Below are positions 1 to 12,200 of a stretch of DNA of 64,000 nt, piece by piece. Origin of the DNA: Amoebophrya sp. A120 (taxonomy: Eukaryota > Protista > Dinoflagellata); contig CAJINV010000008.1 of the NCBI GenBank assembly GCA_905178155.1, positions 2,294,001-2,358,000 of the forward strand, in the 5' to 3' direction. The translations under genes and the position numbers were made by a program. Under the pieces are notes generated by a model. The model made no database searches, was not told the origin of the DNA, and was given only the letters and a program-made list of their open reading frames with translations. Positions within the stretch are counted from its first letter, which is position 1. Each line of letters opens with the position of its first letter.

Positions 1-5
1 CGAAT

Positions 6-812
6 GTGTCTCCTCTTGGTGCTGGCACTGCTTCCTCTGCACGCACGATGGCCCCCGCCGGAGGTTCCTCCGCCGAGGAGACTAGTACAGAGCAGCTGCA
101 AGAACAAGAACTCCCGTCTACTTCGCTCGCTGCAGAAGACCGGGTGGAATATGTGGCGACCGGAAAAAAGGCGATTCTACCCCCGGAGACGGAGAAGCTT
201 GTCAAAGAGAAGATGAAATTGCTTTCCGCTTCGCAACACGCCGGCATGGAAATTGTGATTGAGCCAGAGGACAGCAGTTGTACTTTCCCAAGCAGCACTA
301 GCAGTTGCGACGTTACTACCAGTGAGTCAAGAAACAAAAACTGTAGTTCTGCAGTCGCTGCTGTTGAACAAAGCGTCACCAGGACGTCGTCTTTTGGAGC
401 ATCAGCTCCAGGAGTTGCAGGCCCAAAATCGCCTGTGACCGCCGAAGAGAAGTTAGCGATACGAAAGTTTCAAGAAGACAAGCTCGAGGCGAAGCGGCAA
501 CGGATTGAACGATTGCTGCTGGAAGAGGAGGAGCTGCAGAAAAACAAACCGAAAAAGAAGAAGAAGAAGAAAAAGACGCAGGATGAGCAGGGCGCGGAAC
601 AAGAGGAAGCTGCTGGCGCAGGTGAGATAAAGGTGGAGCAGAGCATCGATCGGGAAAACAGCCAGGACACTGTCGCCGCAGAGATGCTGGCGCAGCACGA
701 GGTTCTTGCACAAGAGCCTGATGACGAAAGAACTTCGGACGCCTCGGAAGATCCGCCCACGCCTATCGAGATGAAAAAACCTTTTTTTCCGCTCCCGAAG
801 GCGAGCTCTTAA
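6..812 (+). CDS. Low-complexity hypothetical protein (probably a 3' or internal exon of a gene starting upstream)
   Basis: 268-aa ORF with E/K-rich coiled-coil-like and poly-K stretches, same composition as neighbouring genes. It may join the next gene through an unresolved intron. Confidence 0.6.
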   Translation: MSPLGAGTASSARTMAPAGGSSAEETSTEQLQEQELPSTSLAAEDRVEYVATGKKAILPPETEKLVKEKMKLLSASQHAGMEIVIEPEDSSCTFPSSTSSCDVTTSESRNKNCSSAVAAVEQSVTRTSSFGASAPGVAGPKSPVTAEEKLAIRKFQEDKLEAKRQRIERLLLEEEELQKNKPKKKKKKKKTQDEQGAEQEEAAGAGEIKVEQSIDRENSQDTVAAEMLAQHEVLAQEPDDERTSDASEDPPTPIEMKKPFFPLPKASS

Positions 813-1121
813 TGCTCTTAATTTTGTACGTGAATAATGTCTACTGTACATCACTATGCTATCTATCAATCTATGAAGCCCGCAGTTGTTCTGGAGCTAA
901 GACTGCCGAGCTTCTTGGTACGATCATCTTTCAAGTTCTCACAATTTCCGCCTTTATTCCAGCTATGTGCCACGCCTACGTCGACGCACGAGGTAGATGC
1001 CTCCCCATAAAAAGTCCCCCATGGACAAGTTTGGCACTGCGGAACAAGTCTGTCTCCGAGATGAAGAATGAACTAGCGTGAAATACTTGATAGCGAGCGT
1101 CTTTCTTCGGGAGCCCAGAGC

Positions 1122-4100
1122 ATGCGCGACAAACATTTCCGTGCTGTGGGGGGTTTGTCGTCTAGGGCGCTTTTTGTTGTGATATCCACCTCTGAGCACG
1201 CTACCACGTCCCCAGCTTCGACAAATCCGCAACATCAAGCGACCTCCAGCAGCGCGACGAAAGTGACACCGAAGAATCCGGGTGAGAAAGATGCAGAAAA
1301 AAGAGCAGACGGCACTAAAAAAGTGAAGACCACTCTGCAGCAGAACAGTGTGCAGTTCGCGGAGGAGGCTCCTGCAGAGACGAAAATTATGTCAAATCGC
1401 GAGAAAAAGCGTCTAGCACGAATGCAGCAGCAGCTAGCAGGGACTAACTCCAAGAATGATGCAGGTGTGGGCAAACCTGGAGAACATACTGCTGCAGCAG
1501 CTGCGACGGGAACTACCTCTGTTAAATTGCGTCAACAGCAGATCACGAGCACGGTTGCAGCCTTTGGTGATGAAGAGCCACTACCAACATCATCTCAGCC
1601 ACAGGCAAAGAAAAGCAAGACGAAGATGAAGAACGCAGCAGACACGACATTGAGCAAAGACGCTACCTCGTCCGCAAGCAAGAAAACGTCGGGCACTGCT
1701 GGTGGGAGTGACCAGAAGCGCAGTGCGTCATGCGCCGCCGCTGAGAAGAAATCTCCGCCCAACTATGCCACGGTGCCGCAAGACACAAGAATGGAGATCG
1801 CTAACAGGTGAGATTGAGCAAGATTGTTTCAAACACAACCTTTTGATGGCTATGGGTATGAAGATCATACATGGTGTTTCCGTTTCTATCTCGCCTCCTG
1901 CTTGATACGAAGTGAAACCTTCGGTACTAATTGAATACGAGCGTGATGCTTATTACGAGCTAGTAATCATGTATGACGATAAGTACAGATGAAACAGATA
2001 GCGCGTACAACATCATGAGCGTACGCATTGGCAACCGAGGTTCTTAGGTACTACACAGAAGAAAAGCCTTGATCGAAATTCAACATTTTAAATGGCAAAC
2101 GATGTGGAGAAAAATACCGAGAATTTTTTTTTTTCAAAACAGAATCTGGGTTTTGTTCGAGCGTCGTTTGCAGGAGACGGACTTTCAGGACGTGCTCTCC
2201 ATTTGGGATTGGGACCTGCTTTCTGACCTGTATTCCAATGAGTACGAGGCAATTAAGGCAGCCCTGAGTTCAGAAACCGTGGTGCCTACGCCAGCCGCGT
2301 TTGAGGATACGCTGAAGCACGACTGGGCGAATTTGTTCGGGATCAAGGTGGACAAAGACTACGACGAGACGAGCAAGCTGCTCAGCACCCCGGAGTCCAC
2401 GGGGAGTGTCGTGGTCGGGAAGAGCGGCAAGCGAAAAGTAGCGGGCAAGGCGACGACCTCCGCGTCCACCAGGGGCGGTGCCTCCGCATCTGCCGAAGCC
2501 ACGAAAGACGGGATGAACGATATCAAATCCATGATGAAGGAGGGGAAGAAGAAATCTGCAGGAACACCAGGTACCGCGTCTGCGTCTGCGACGACCGGTG
2601 GCAATGCGTCGCTCAAGAAGGTGTCTGGTTTTCCTTCCGAGCAGCTGCGCGACAGGGGAGAGAAGGAAGCGAACAAAGCCAAGTCGGGGGAAGTCATGAT
2701 CGCCGTAGGGGGCAATGAGGGGATCATCGGGATGGATGCAGATGCAGGTTCTGCCGGCTCGGCAGCAATGCAAGACAAAGGCAAGAGCAAAATCGGTAAT
2801 CATTCGGTCAATTACGCCAGCGCCTCTGCCGCCGGTGCTCCACTGATGTCGTGTTTGAGCAGCTCCGAAAAGGACGGCGACCAGGCCCAGGGCGCGCCAG
2901 AAACACCAGATCATTCGCATTCCGGCGCCTGCTCGCGAACCGCTGTCACCAGCACGAGCCTGTCCTCGGTAGTACAGGAGCCGTTCCGTGTGCAGCCAAA
3001 GCAGCGCAAAAAGGACAAGGTGGATGCGAAGCAGAACCAAGGTAAAGGCTGCAAGGCTGTTCTGTTTTTTCTGCTGTAATATACAGTGCTGGGAACAACC
3101 GATCGTGAACAGTTGAGGTTCAGTCTACTTGACCGAGACAGACGTAACTCTTTTGACTGTGAGCGGGTTTCTGCCCGTCGATGAGGTTCTTTTGGTGTAA
3201 TGTTTCTTGTTTGCTGAAATCGAAAGAGCGAAGTCAATGCAACTCCGCTTCGTTTTTAAATATTACACAGCCCTTCCTGCTATCCGTGTTCCGCCCGTGG
3301 AGGAGCTGCAGCTGCACTGCTGGGAACGCCCCGACGGGTTGCTGTACTTTCGGAATCACCAGGTGTATCCCGAGAAACGCGCCACCCAGATTTGCCGCAA
3401 TCTCCGCGACTGCAAGCTCGGCCTGCGGTGTCCGGACGCGCACTGTCCCGAGGAGATGGAGCCGAAGACGGCGGAGCAGGTGGAACAGATGAAGGCCAAA
3501 CTGTTTTCCCAGTTCCGGGCTAACAGCGACTGCTGCTACGGGTTTCACCGCCTCTCTCACGGCGAAAAGGTACTCCTGCTCGGCAACCTGGAGCAGGCTC
3601 TGGGCGCGAAAAACGTGGGAAACGCCAATGGGGTGCTGATGACGAAAATCCGTAGCATATCGTGTTTAAAAACGTCCCCACCCCATAGTTGTAATGCAAA
3701 TCTGCATGCTGAAACCAAACTGTTTCTCATGCGGAGCCCCATGAGAAGCATTTTCTAGTCGTGTTGTGCGATTTGTCATGCTCCAATCAGCATGACATAC
3801 TAGATCTGTGATGCTGTTGAACTAGTAGCTCAAACAGCACTACACCACAAGTTGAAATCTGTCATGCGAAAGAGCCAAAACTTGTGGATTTGTCTAGCCG
3901 ATTCCCTATCTTGACTATGGGGTGGGGGCGTTTTTACATACGATAGAGCATGGTTTGTAACCGGCGGGCGTTCCAGGAGTGGCCGGACAACTTTGACCTC
4001 GTTCCGGACGAACGATTCTATCTCGCGGTGCACAAAGAGCTGGACGCCAACGTTCGCCGGGCCTTCGAGAAACTCACCCACCTCGAGCGCATCACGGTCA

Positions 4101-7100
4101 TGCGGGAGGGACCCCTGCACTGGAGCAGCAACCAGTCGGCTGCGTTGATGTCGTACATAAACAAGGTGAGGACCGGCGAGTGGCAGATGCGGGTGAATCG
4201 GGAGGCCAAGTTCCAGGAGCGAAGGAACATCACGAAAGAACGCATGTCAGCATCAACTACAACCACATCAAATGCGGAGCAGCAGCAAGTGCAAGACGGG
4301 GGTGCAGCTCCTGGTGTTCCTGCAGCGGGGGCCGGTGACCATGTTAGAAGTGGTGCATCAGGCAATAACAAAAACATCTCGTCGTCGTCCTCGACGAGTG
4401 CCGCTTGCTCGCCGCCGTTGCTGCAGATTAGCAACCCCCGTGGTTCTGCGGAACAACCACCACAGCGATGTGCAAGCGGGGAGAAAGGCCTTAATTTTGC
4501 TTCGGCGAAAATAGCTCACACCAAGCCGAGCAACGACCTTGAAAAATCCTCCCAAGTGGTCGTCAACGCCTGTCCAACAAGTACATCCGAGCCCACGAGC
4601 GCGGGAAAATCGCAGCCTACCGCAACGTCGAATTACGTCGCCTGCAGTAATAGTTCTCCGGAAACGCGGACAATGAGCAACTTTTTCGGGAGTGCTGGCA
4701 ATTTTTACACGAACAAAACGAAGAACGGCACATCAAAAATGAGCAAGGCTTCTTGCCCTGAAAGCGAACACGGTGAGGAGCTTACGCTGGCCAGTTCTGT
4801 CCCGATGACGAACAAGTCCTCCCCCGCAAGTGCGACAAAGACGAAGCACACGTATCAAATGTAAAAATGTCTGGGTCTGGAAGAATGCAAGTTTGTCATG
4901 CTTGTCTCACATGACTCTTAAATTTGTCATGCACATTACCCAAGACCGCCATTTTTCTGTCATGCAGAAACGCAGTTTGTCATGCAGAATAGGCAACACC
5001 AAGAAGCTCAGAAACTTGTCATGGTGAGCCAGCACTTGTAGCCTCCTCATGATACGCCGCCCAGCATTACAAGTTTCCAGACCCAGACATTTTTACAGTT
5101 TATAACACGACAGCTACCGCCAGGGGTCTAGCTCCAGCGGGGACGGTTGCATCAAGCTTTTTGAGTAGTTCCACCACCTCCAAAGGAGCTCCTGTGTTTT
5201 CCGCCACCTCCGACACCGTAGTTGCGGAACCGGTGAACAAGAAGAAGTACACAGCTGAAGAAGATGCTGATGAAGCAGATGACTTAGACTCATTTCCCCC
5301 ACCTGGGTTGTCGGAGCCAGCGACATCGAAGCAAGATAGTAAATCCACCACCGCCACCTACCTGTCCGGGGGAAAGGACCGAAGCAATTTCTCCCCCGTA
5401 TGGGCTCCTCAAACGTTTTTACAGTGATCGCTGTTGCATGTTGATTTGGCATGCAAAATTATTTGACGACACGATCAAGCTACTTCGCACGCAAGAAGTT
5501 CTTCACGCACTAAATGGCGTTCATTGCCAAGAAATCGGTAAAAATCCAAGACGCGCAAGCTCTAGCTCCCCCCTGTCACTTTTGCTCGCCTTGCAGCTGC
5601 GCAGAAGCATGGAGCAGCGATCTATGTCGCGTTTGAGAATGCCATAACCCAGCACGTTGCAGCTGGATCAACAGTCATGCTCGGTTTCACCGGAGTTTGA
5701 CCTGACCAGAAAGCTGATCGACGAGTTTTCGCATGAGCCGGACGCTACGAACGCATCCGGTTCGAAGAAGGTGCTAACAGCGTCTGGTCGCCCGGTGCGA
5801 TCACCGGAGCAGGATGTGTCCTCAGCCACTTCAGTCACTGTTGCTGGGGCCCCTGCTCCTTCTGGGCGCGGTCAAACAGCGACCACAGCAACGCACTTTT
5901 CGTCTTCTTGGACTGGAGCGAGCAAAAGCAATGCAGCCTCTGTTTGGCAGCGTGGTCTTCACAACACGACCAAAGGTAGTTTGGCCACGGGGGGCGCGCC
6001 GCTAGTACCTCCCGTACAGCAGCCACCGACCGCAGCCGCTGCAGCACATAGCATTAAAGGACAACAGCAGGCGACAAATTATAGCACCAGTAGCAAGGCC
6101 AAAGCCGCGTCAACAGCAGCTGCCTCCGTTCTTCTCGGCAACAAGACATCAAAACCAGACGAGATTAGCAAGTATAACTACAGCAAGCAACTAGTCAGCA
6201 AGGCGGTTCTTTCTCGCGAGGAGCGACTCGCACAAGAACCGCCGCCTCGCAGCCCGCCGGGCCTGAGCAAGATGAGCCCCACCACGCCCGGACTTCTTGG
6301 CAATAAAAACCTTTCGGCGAGCAGTAACCTGGCAGATGATCACGAGGACAATCTTCATAAGAAAAGCATCACCGATTCTGCCACCCTGTTTTTACCGCCA
6401 CCCCCTATGGTGAAACCCCCGCCCCCGCCGCTGTGCAGGCCTCCTCCGCCACCAGGACTCACGCCGGCGAAGTCCGAGCATGGCGGGACGTCGAGGGGAC
6501 CAGCGCGCGCAGGCGAGGAAGACGAGGTCCGCAGCGACGCAGACGGGGAAGATCCGAACCTCTTTTCCCCGCCTTCGAGGACCAATGTGTATGGAGAAAT
6601 AAACACCAATGGAACTACGACCGGTGTGGAGGGCACGGACCCCAGCTCTGATGCTGCGAGGCGCGACGAGGAACAGGAAGGGCAGCAACAAGAATCAAGA
6701 ACTGCTGCACTTCTACCGCTCAACAAAGCAGGTGGTCCCTCTACTGCTGCGTTCTTGAAGAAGAGAGAGCCTAGCAAGGTGTACTTCGGGCAGCAGGTCG
6801 TGGTGTCACCTGCCGGTCATTACAATTTGCAAGGCAGTTCTTGTAGTACTACAGAGGTCGCGGCGGGGAAAAGTAAAAGATCCAGCGATGTTGAGCAACC
6901 ACCTTCCGGAACTACACCCGCAGGTGGTGCCAATGTTAAAGTAGCTGGAAATAGTACAAGAGGGGCCGATGAGGAAAGAAGTGCTACGCTACTATCGGCT
7001 CGACGAGTTACGGTGACGAATGACAGTAGGAAGAGCACCACAGGTGAAGACCAGGACGCCGGCATCCAAGAAGACGTCGTAGCGTCGACCTCCATGGCGA

Positions 7101-8983
7101 GAACGGGACGCAAAGTGGCCACCTCTACAATGAAGGACTCGTCGAAAGTTTTGAGCAGCGCAACATCTTCAAAGACCATCACCACTTCTGGAAAGTTTAT
7201 TGCACCATCGTCGGGTCGTGTAAATCAGCAGAAGCAAAACACAGCCCAAGACAATTTCACTGCTTTGAAGATGAGAACGACCGAAGCTGACCAGCCGGAG
7301 AAAAAGCGGAGTCTCAGTAACAGTACGTCGTCATACACGAGCTCAGGTTCGTCGTCGTCCTGGGACGAGCGAGAGAAAAAGGTCCTCGTGGCAACAGCGG
7401 CGAGAGCAAAAGCAACGTTGAAGGCCTCAGACAGGAAGCGCGCAGCGGGCCTGGTGCCATCCGCCTCGACCTCCGCGAGGACCGGTGGTGGCGGAGACGT
7501 TGTCCTACAACCAGCACCGAGCGATAAGGAAACGACGGTTGTAGTTCCAGTAGCTGTTTCTGAAGATAATATGTTGACATCCAGGACGACCGGAGCGGTC
7601 GATTCGACATCCAAAAACGAACCAGGTCGTCCTGTGAGTGGTGGCCGACTCATTTCCCCGGTCCCGGCAACGTCAGCCAATATCGAGTATCTTACGGCGG
7701 AGGAAATGACAGAGGCCCAAAAGCAGCAGCGCGAGCAGGAACTTTTCCAAGCCTTGACCCGACCCCCGGAGGAGGACTTTCTGCATTACAGCAGCAGTCC
7801 AGAGAAACTCCTGAAAGAGAAAATCAGGCTACGAAGCACCAACATGGGAAGCAGTGCTAGTGGCGATAAGAACAGGAAGGAGAGTGGTCAACACCTTTCA
7901 GGGGGATCATCTTCATCAAATGGCAACGTCAAGAACAGCAACACCAATCAAGCGAACCTGCAACCGCTTAGCGATTCGGATTTGGACCTGCACGCGGCGC
8001 TGGACTTGCTGAAACAGCAGCACGAGCCCCAGACCAAGATCATTGTATCAAATGTAAAAATGTCTGGGTCTGGAAGATTCTGACACTTGTCATGCACGTT
8101 TTGCATGAGCCATGATGTCTGTGATGCATACCCTAGCAATGCAGATTTTTTGAGGGCTTCCTGATGCCTATTCCGCATGACAAATGCCTTCTCGTCGTAG
8201 CAAAAATTGCACTCCCTTTGCTACTCATGCAATACAGATTTTTTTGGAGTCCAGATGCAGCATCACAAGTTGCATTCTTCCAGACCCAGACATTTTTACA
8301 TTTGATACATTGAGCGCCGCATCAACTTGCTACCACTGATGCAGTATCCTGTGCAAAAGTATCGTACTCGTATTGCAATCATGCATTACAAATCTTTGTC
8401 TTTCCCTTAATGGAAATCAGCATTACAAATTTTATCCCTCATGCTGAGTTGGAAATTTGTAATGCATTTATACGAGTACGATACTTTTGCAATTCATATG
8501 CAGGGCCTACCGGCGAGCAGCATCGAAGAAAAGAGCCACCAGATGATGGTCACAGAGAAGGAGAAAAAGAAGACCTCCAAGATAAAAACGGGAGACATGA
8601 TTGGGACCACTGCCAAGAAGCACAGTCACGCAGTGGATCATGGTCGTCTGGGAACAAACGAAGATACATTATCTTCTGAGGACGAGTTTGACAAGATACT
8701 CTCAGCCTCGCAAGAGACGAGCGGCACGAACCATAAGGGTAACATGATGTTCAGTCAGGAGGACATTCTGCGGATGGAACGGTATGCTTTGCAAAAGTAT
8801 CGTACTAGTATAAATCGCATTAATAAGCATGTGAAATGGAATTTGTTATGCTGTTTTAGCTTAAGAAGGCGATCTGTCATGCATAATTGCGATTACTACG
8901 AGTACGATACTTTTGCACAGGATAAACGGCAACGCCACGACATCTTTGGCGCGCTGGCGTGGGGCAATTCATTATGCAAATAA
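1122..8983 (+). CDS. Large multi-exon protein with a CCCH-type zinc finger and long low-complexity regions
   Basis: Exons ~1122-1807, 2143-3041, 3271-3657, 3951-4852, 5110-5398, 5652-8045, 8313-8344, 8504-8782, 8930-8983 join in frame through 2 GT-AG introns (1808-2142, 3042-3270) and 6 introners. Motif CRNLRDCKLGLRCPDAH (C-x5-C-x5-C-x3-H). Start codon uncertain. Confidence 0.75.
3658..3945. mobile_element. Introner, family C
   Basis: TIR TATCGTGTTTAAAAACGTCCCCACCCCATAGT; TSD TAGCA/GAGCA; removal gives KIRSMVCNRR in frame. Confidence 0.9.
4853..5104. mobile_element. Introner, family A
   Basis: TIR TATCAAATGTAAAAATGTCTGGGTCTGGAA; TSD ACACG; frame restored. Confidence 0.95.
5399..5646. mobile_element. 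Introner, degenerate family D
   Basis: TATGGGCTCCTCAAACG...CGTTTGAGAATGCCATA; eroded TSD CCCCG/ACCCA; removal of element plus 5 nt restores the frame. Confidence 0.8.
8046..8307. mobile_element. Introner, family A
   Basis: Near-perfect ~32-bp TIR; TSD CATTG. Confidence 0.95.
8345..8498. mobile_element. Introner, family B
   Basis: TIR TATnnnnTGCAAAAGTATCGTACTCGTA; TSD TGCAG. Confidence 0.95.
8783..8924. mobile_element. Introner, family B
   Basis: Family B TIR; TSD AACGG. Confidence 0.95.
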
Positions 8984-9257
8984 AAAGAGTCTTACTCTTA
9001 GTGTTCTTGTAGTTGTACAGTTAGACAGACTGGATGGTTTTCAAAAAAGCAAGACACTACACAACGACCACTGTGGTCATGCCCGAAATACTTCTAGCGA
9101 GTCCCGCTCCCGACGCAAGTACTTGCATGCGTGTACACCCGCCTGAGGACGATCGCCGCGTTGCAAGTTTTGTTGCTCATTCAACATGCGAAGCGAGTCT
9201 GTTCATCTATACGCAGAACAGGTTTTGTGGCTGTGCGACTGCTGCTGCTAAAGTTAG

Positions 9258-12200
9258 TTGCAACATCCGGTCTGTATCTGTAAGCCTTTTTCCCTTGGAT
9301 ATTCATCCCTGGACGAAGACCAGCAGATTTATGTCGGAGCTGGGGCCGCCTCTGCCACTGCGGCTCAAATGTCGAGTGACATTGCGTCTGGAGCCGGCGC
9401 GCACGATGTTACGGGCGCTGGCGTGGATCTCCTAACAGGATGCACTAGTGGTACAACTGGCACCACTGCGGCCGGCGTGCTGGGAGGCAACGGAACCACG
9501 TCAACCACGGCGGCCACAGGTACTCTAGCACTTCCGTCATTATTTGAAGCGTGCGTTGTTTTTTTTTGTGCGCTTTGCACCTGCGTGACGAAGAACAAAT
9601 GTTGCCTGCGTGACGAAGTTTTCAGATGAACGAGTTGGTGTTGGTGCATTTCTTTTACTGAAACGTCACAGTACATACTCAAACGTATCAATATCAACTT
9701 GACAAACAGTCGATGCGACGAGCCCGCTACACCCGGATCATCATGCCACTACCACCACTGCAGCTCCTGTCCCTTCGAACACAAGAGCAACGTCTTCGGG
9801 CATCTCCACCGCGAATTATGACCGAAGTCAAACATGGCAAACTATTCAGCTGACAGGGCAGAGCCAAAACGCAGGATCATCAAGTGAGACGGATGCCGGC
9901 GCCGCGAATTTTGCTAGCGCGACGAGTCGTGGGCTCCTCGGTGCACGGAGCGGCCACATTCTCCCCGGTGGACGCCGACGACCTGGTAGTACTAGAAGCC
10001 CAGGTACTAAACTGAAAAATGTCTGCAGCAAAAAAAATCAAAATTTTTGGTAGTGCAGTTTGCGCCCTTCTCTTCTCGCCCGGACTGCAGCGCGCTGGTG
10101 AGCGCCGTGGCCTCCATGCTGGGGAACTTGACCGAGGTGCTGTGCTCCATTCCTGCTGCGTCGTTTGGTCGAAGCTCCCGCGCGAGCTTGAAGGCCCCCT
10201 AGTAGCCAGCCCAAGCCCTAGTCCTCAGGCTTCTTGTTCTGGAAGTAGTTCCTTTGGTCATGCTCCTGTCCAGCATGCCGCGGACCTCAGCCAGGTACTT
10301 GGGCGTGAAGCCCCTCCCGCCAAAAGTGGCAATTTGTAATGCAGGTCTCGCATTACAAGTGGCCTTTTCTTGTGACCCGTTCTGGGTCAGCTTTCTGGAC
10401 CGCATCACAAATCTGAGCTCCTGAATCGGCAGAATGCCGTGCTGTGAGGGTTCAGATTTGTGACGCAAAACGTGGCTCCGCCAAAAACGTCTGCACCTCT
10501 CCACTGAGGTCCCCAAGTGGAGGTGCAGACGTTTTTGGCGAGGGGGGGGGGAAAGTGAGGCTGATAGCTCGTGTTTGTCTGCGCCGCCAAAAACGTCTGC
10601 ACCTCCGAAATTGGCCTCCAGATGAGGTGTCCTTGGACACCTCTTCGGAGTCGTCCCGAGCCGCGGACCTCCGGGGCGATAATTTGCGGCCGCCCTTTTC
10701 GCAGGGCCCCGACCTGTATCGGGCTCAATTTGCAGGCAAAAGCCTGCAACTTGAGCTCATCCCCTCTTCGACCTCCTCGGAGGCCGCGAGGTTTAAACCA
10801 AAGGCGAGCCTCTTCTTCAGCAAATTCAACCCATTCGCAAACAAGGCACGCACTCGGTAAATCGTCAGGAAGCAGGAGGGAGTGTGAGAACTTGAAGAAC
10901 TACAACTGCGGACCCGGGTGGACGACGTCCACCGATACCGACGTACCGAGTCCCCCGGTGGCTGAGTTGTCTCCTCTGCTTCGTCCGCCGAGGCCTTGCC
11001 GGAATACCTGGCCTAGCCATTTCCTTGTTTGTTGTTCATTGTGAAAAAAAATAAACACACAAGCAGATGGACGCCGACGACCTGGTAGTACTAGAAGCCC
11101 AGGCAGATCGCGTGGCGGAGACGGACCAGGAGCGACTGCTGTGGGCAACTACATGACCAGAGGCACAATTGGGACAAATTTGCTGATGAACAAAGCGCCA
11201 AGTAGAGTCGTGCCGCCTCCGCCCGCGATCGTTTGCCAGAAGAAGCACCGCGTGATCATAGATTATCATGGTATTGAGCTGACCGATGACGGCAAAGGCC
11301 AGGAAGAGGGGTACCTCGCGTTGAAGAAAGGATGGCATTGTATTCCGTACGGAAACACCCTGGCTTTTGGTCACGAATACAACAAGTATTTAATACCTTA
11401 CTTGTTGGCTCCTGCTTTCATTGTTACTTATTATATTAGAAGTCGATCTAGAAGAGATGAAATATCGAGCAAGCTCTACTGCGTAACAAGTGTAGTAGTT
11501 TTTTGTACATATAGAAAGGTCTAGTTCATCACCGCGTACGCCAGACGGCCATGTTTATTGTCATTCGTTGTCAATGAATAAACAAAGGTATCATTACTAC
11601 GTGTACGGCAAGTGTGTGAATATGAACAAGGAAGGTTGGTTTCCCGCGGAAATTTTGGATTGCAATCCTGAGCAAGTGCGCCACGACGCGACTTCGGACA
11701 CACCCACAGGAGCGCTGGCCTCGTCGGCCACTAGTCAGCAAATATTGCAGGCACAGCTCCTAGCGAACATCGAAGGTGGTGGGAACGCAGCGCAGATGCA
11801 GGGAAATGATGACGAGAACAAACACGCGTGCCAGGTTCTGGCAAATCCGAGCCCGTCATCTTCCAGCGAGGGGACAGGAAGTGGTGGAAAGAAACGCACC
11901 CCCGCTGCAGCAGCGCTGGCTGTGTCGTCGAATCACGCGCCCGCTACCATATTAACTAAAGGCGCTTCTGTATCTCTCGCGGCAAAAAATAACAAGAATT
12001 TCAAGGGTAGTTCTTCATCTAGTTCTAATGCGGTCAGCAAAGAGGACGCGTCGGGTAGAAGCTCCGTCTGGCAAGAGACATACCGGAGCAGTACGGCAAC
12101 TCCGCAGAATTTTCAGCAACCTTTGACGACTTCTACCAGCACCGCAGGGACTGCTACAACTCTGAATACCGCAGGAGGTAGTTCTTCGCGCGGCAACACC

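Noticed and set aside
8046-8083. Recurring peptides such as SNVKMSGSGR, CKNVWVWK, FQTQTFLH, YEYDTFA, FSNVTFSTVT as protein motifs
   Set aside because: They are translations of introner TIRs read through by the ORF finder.
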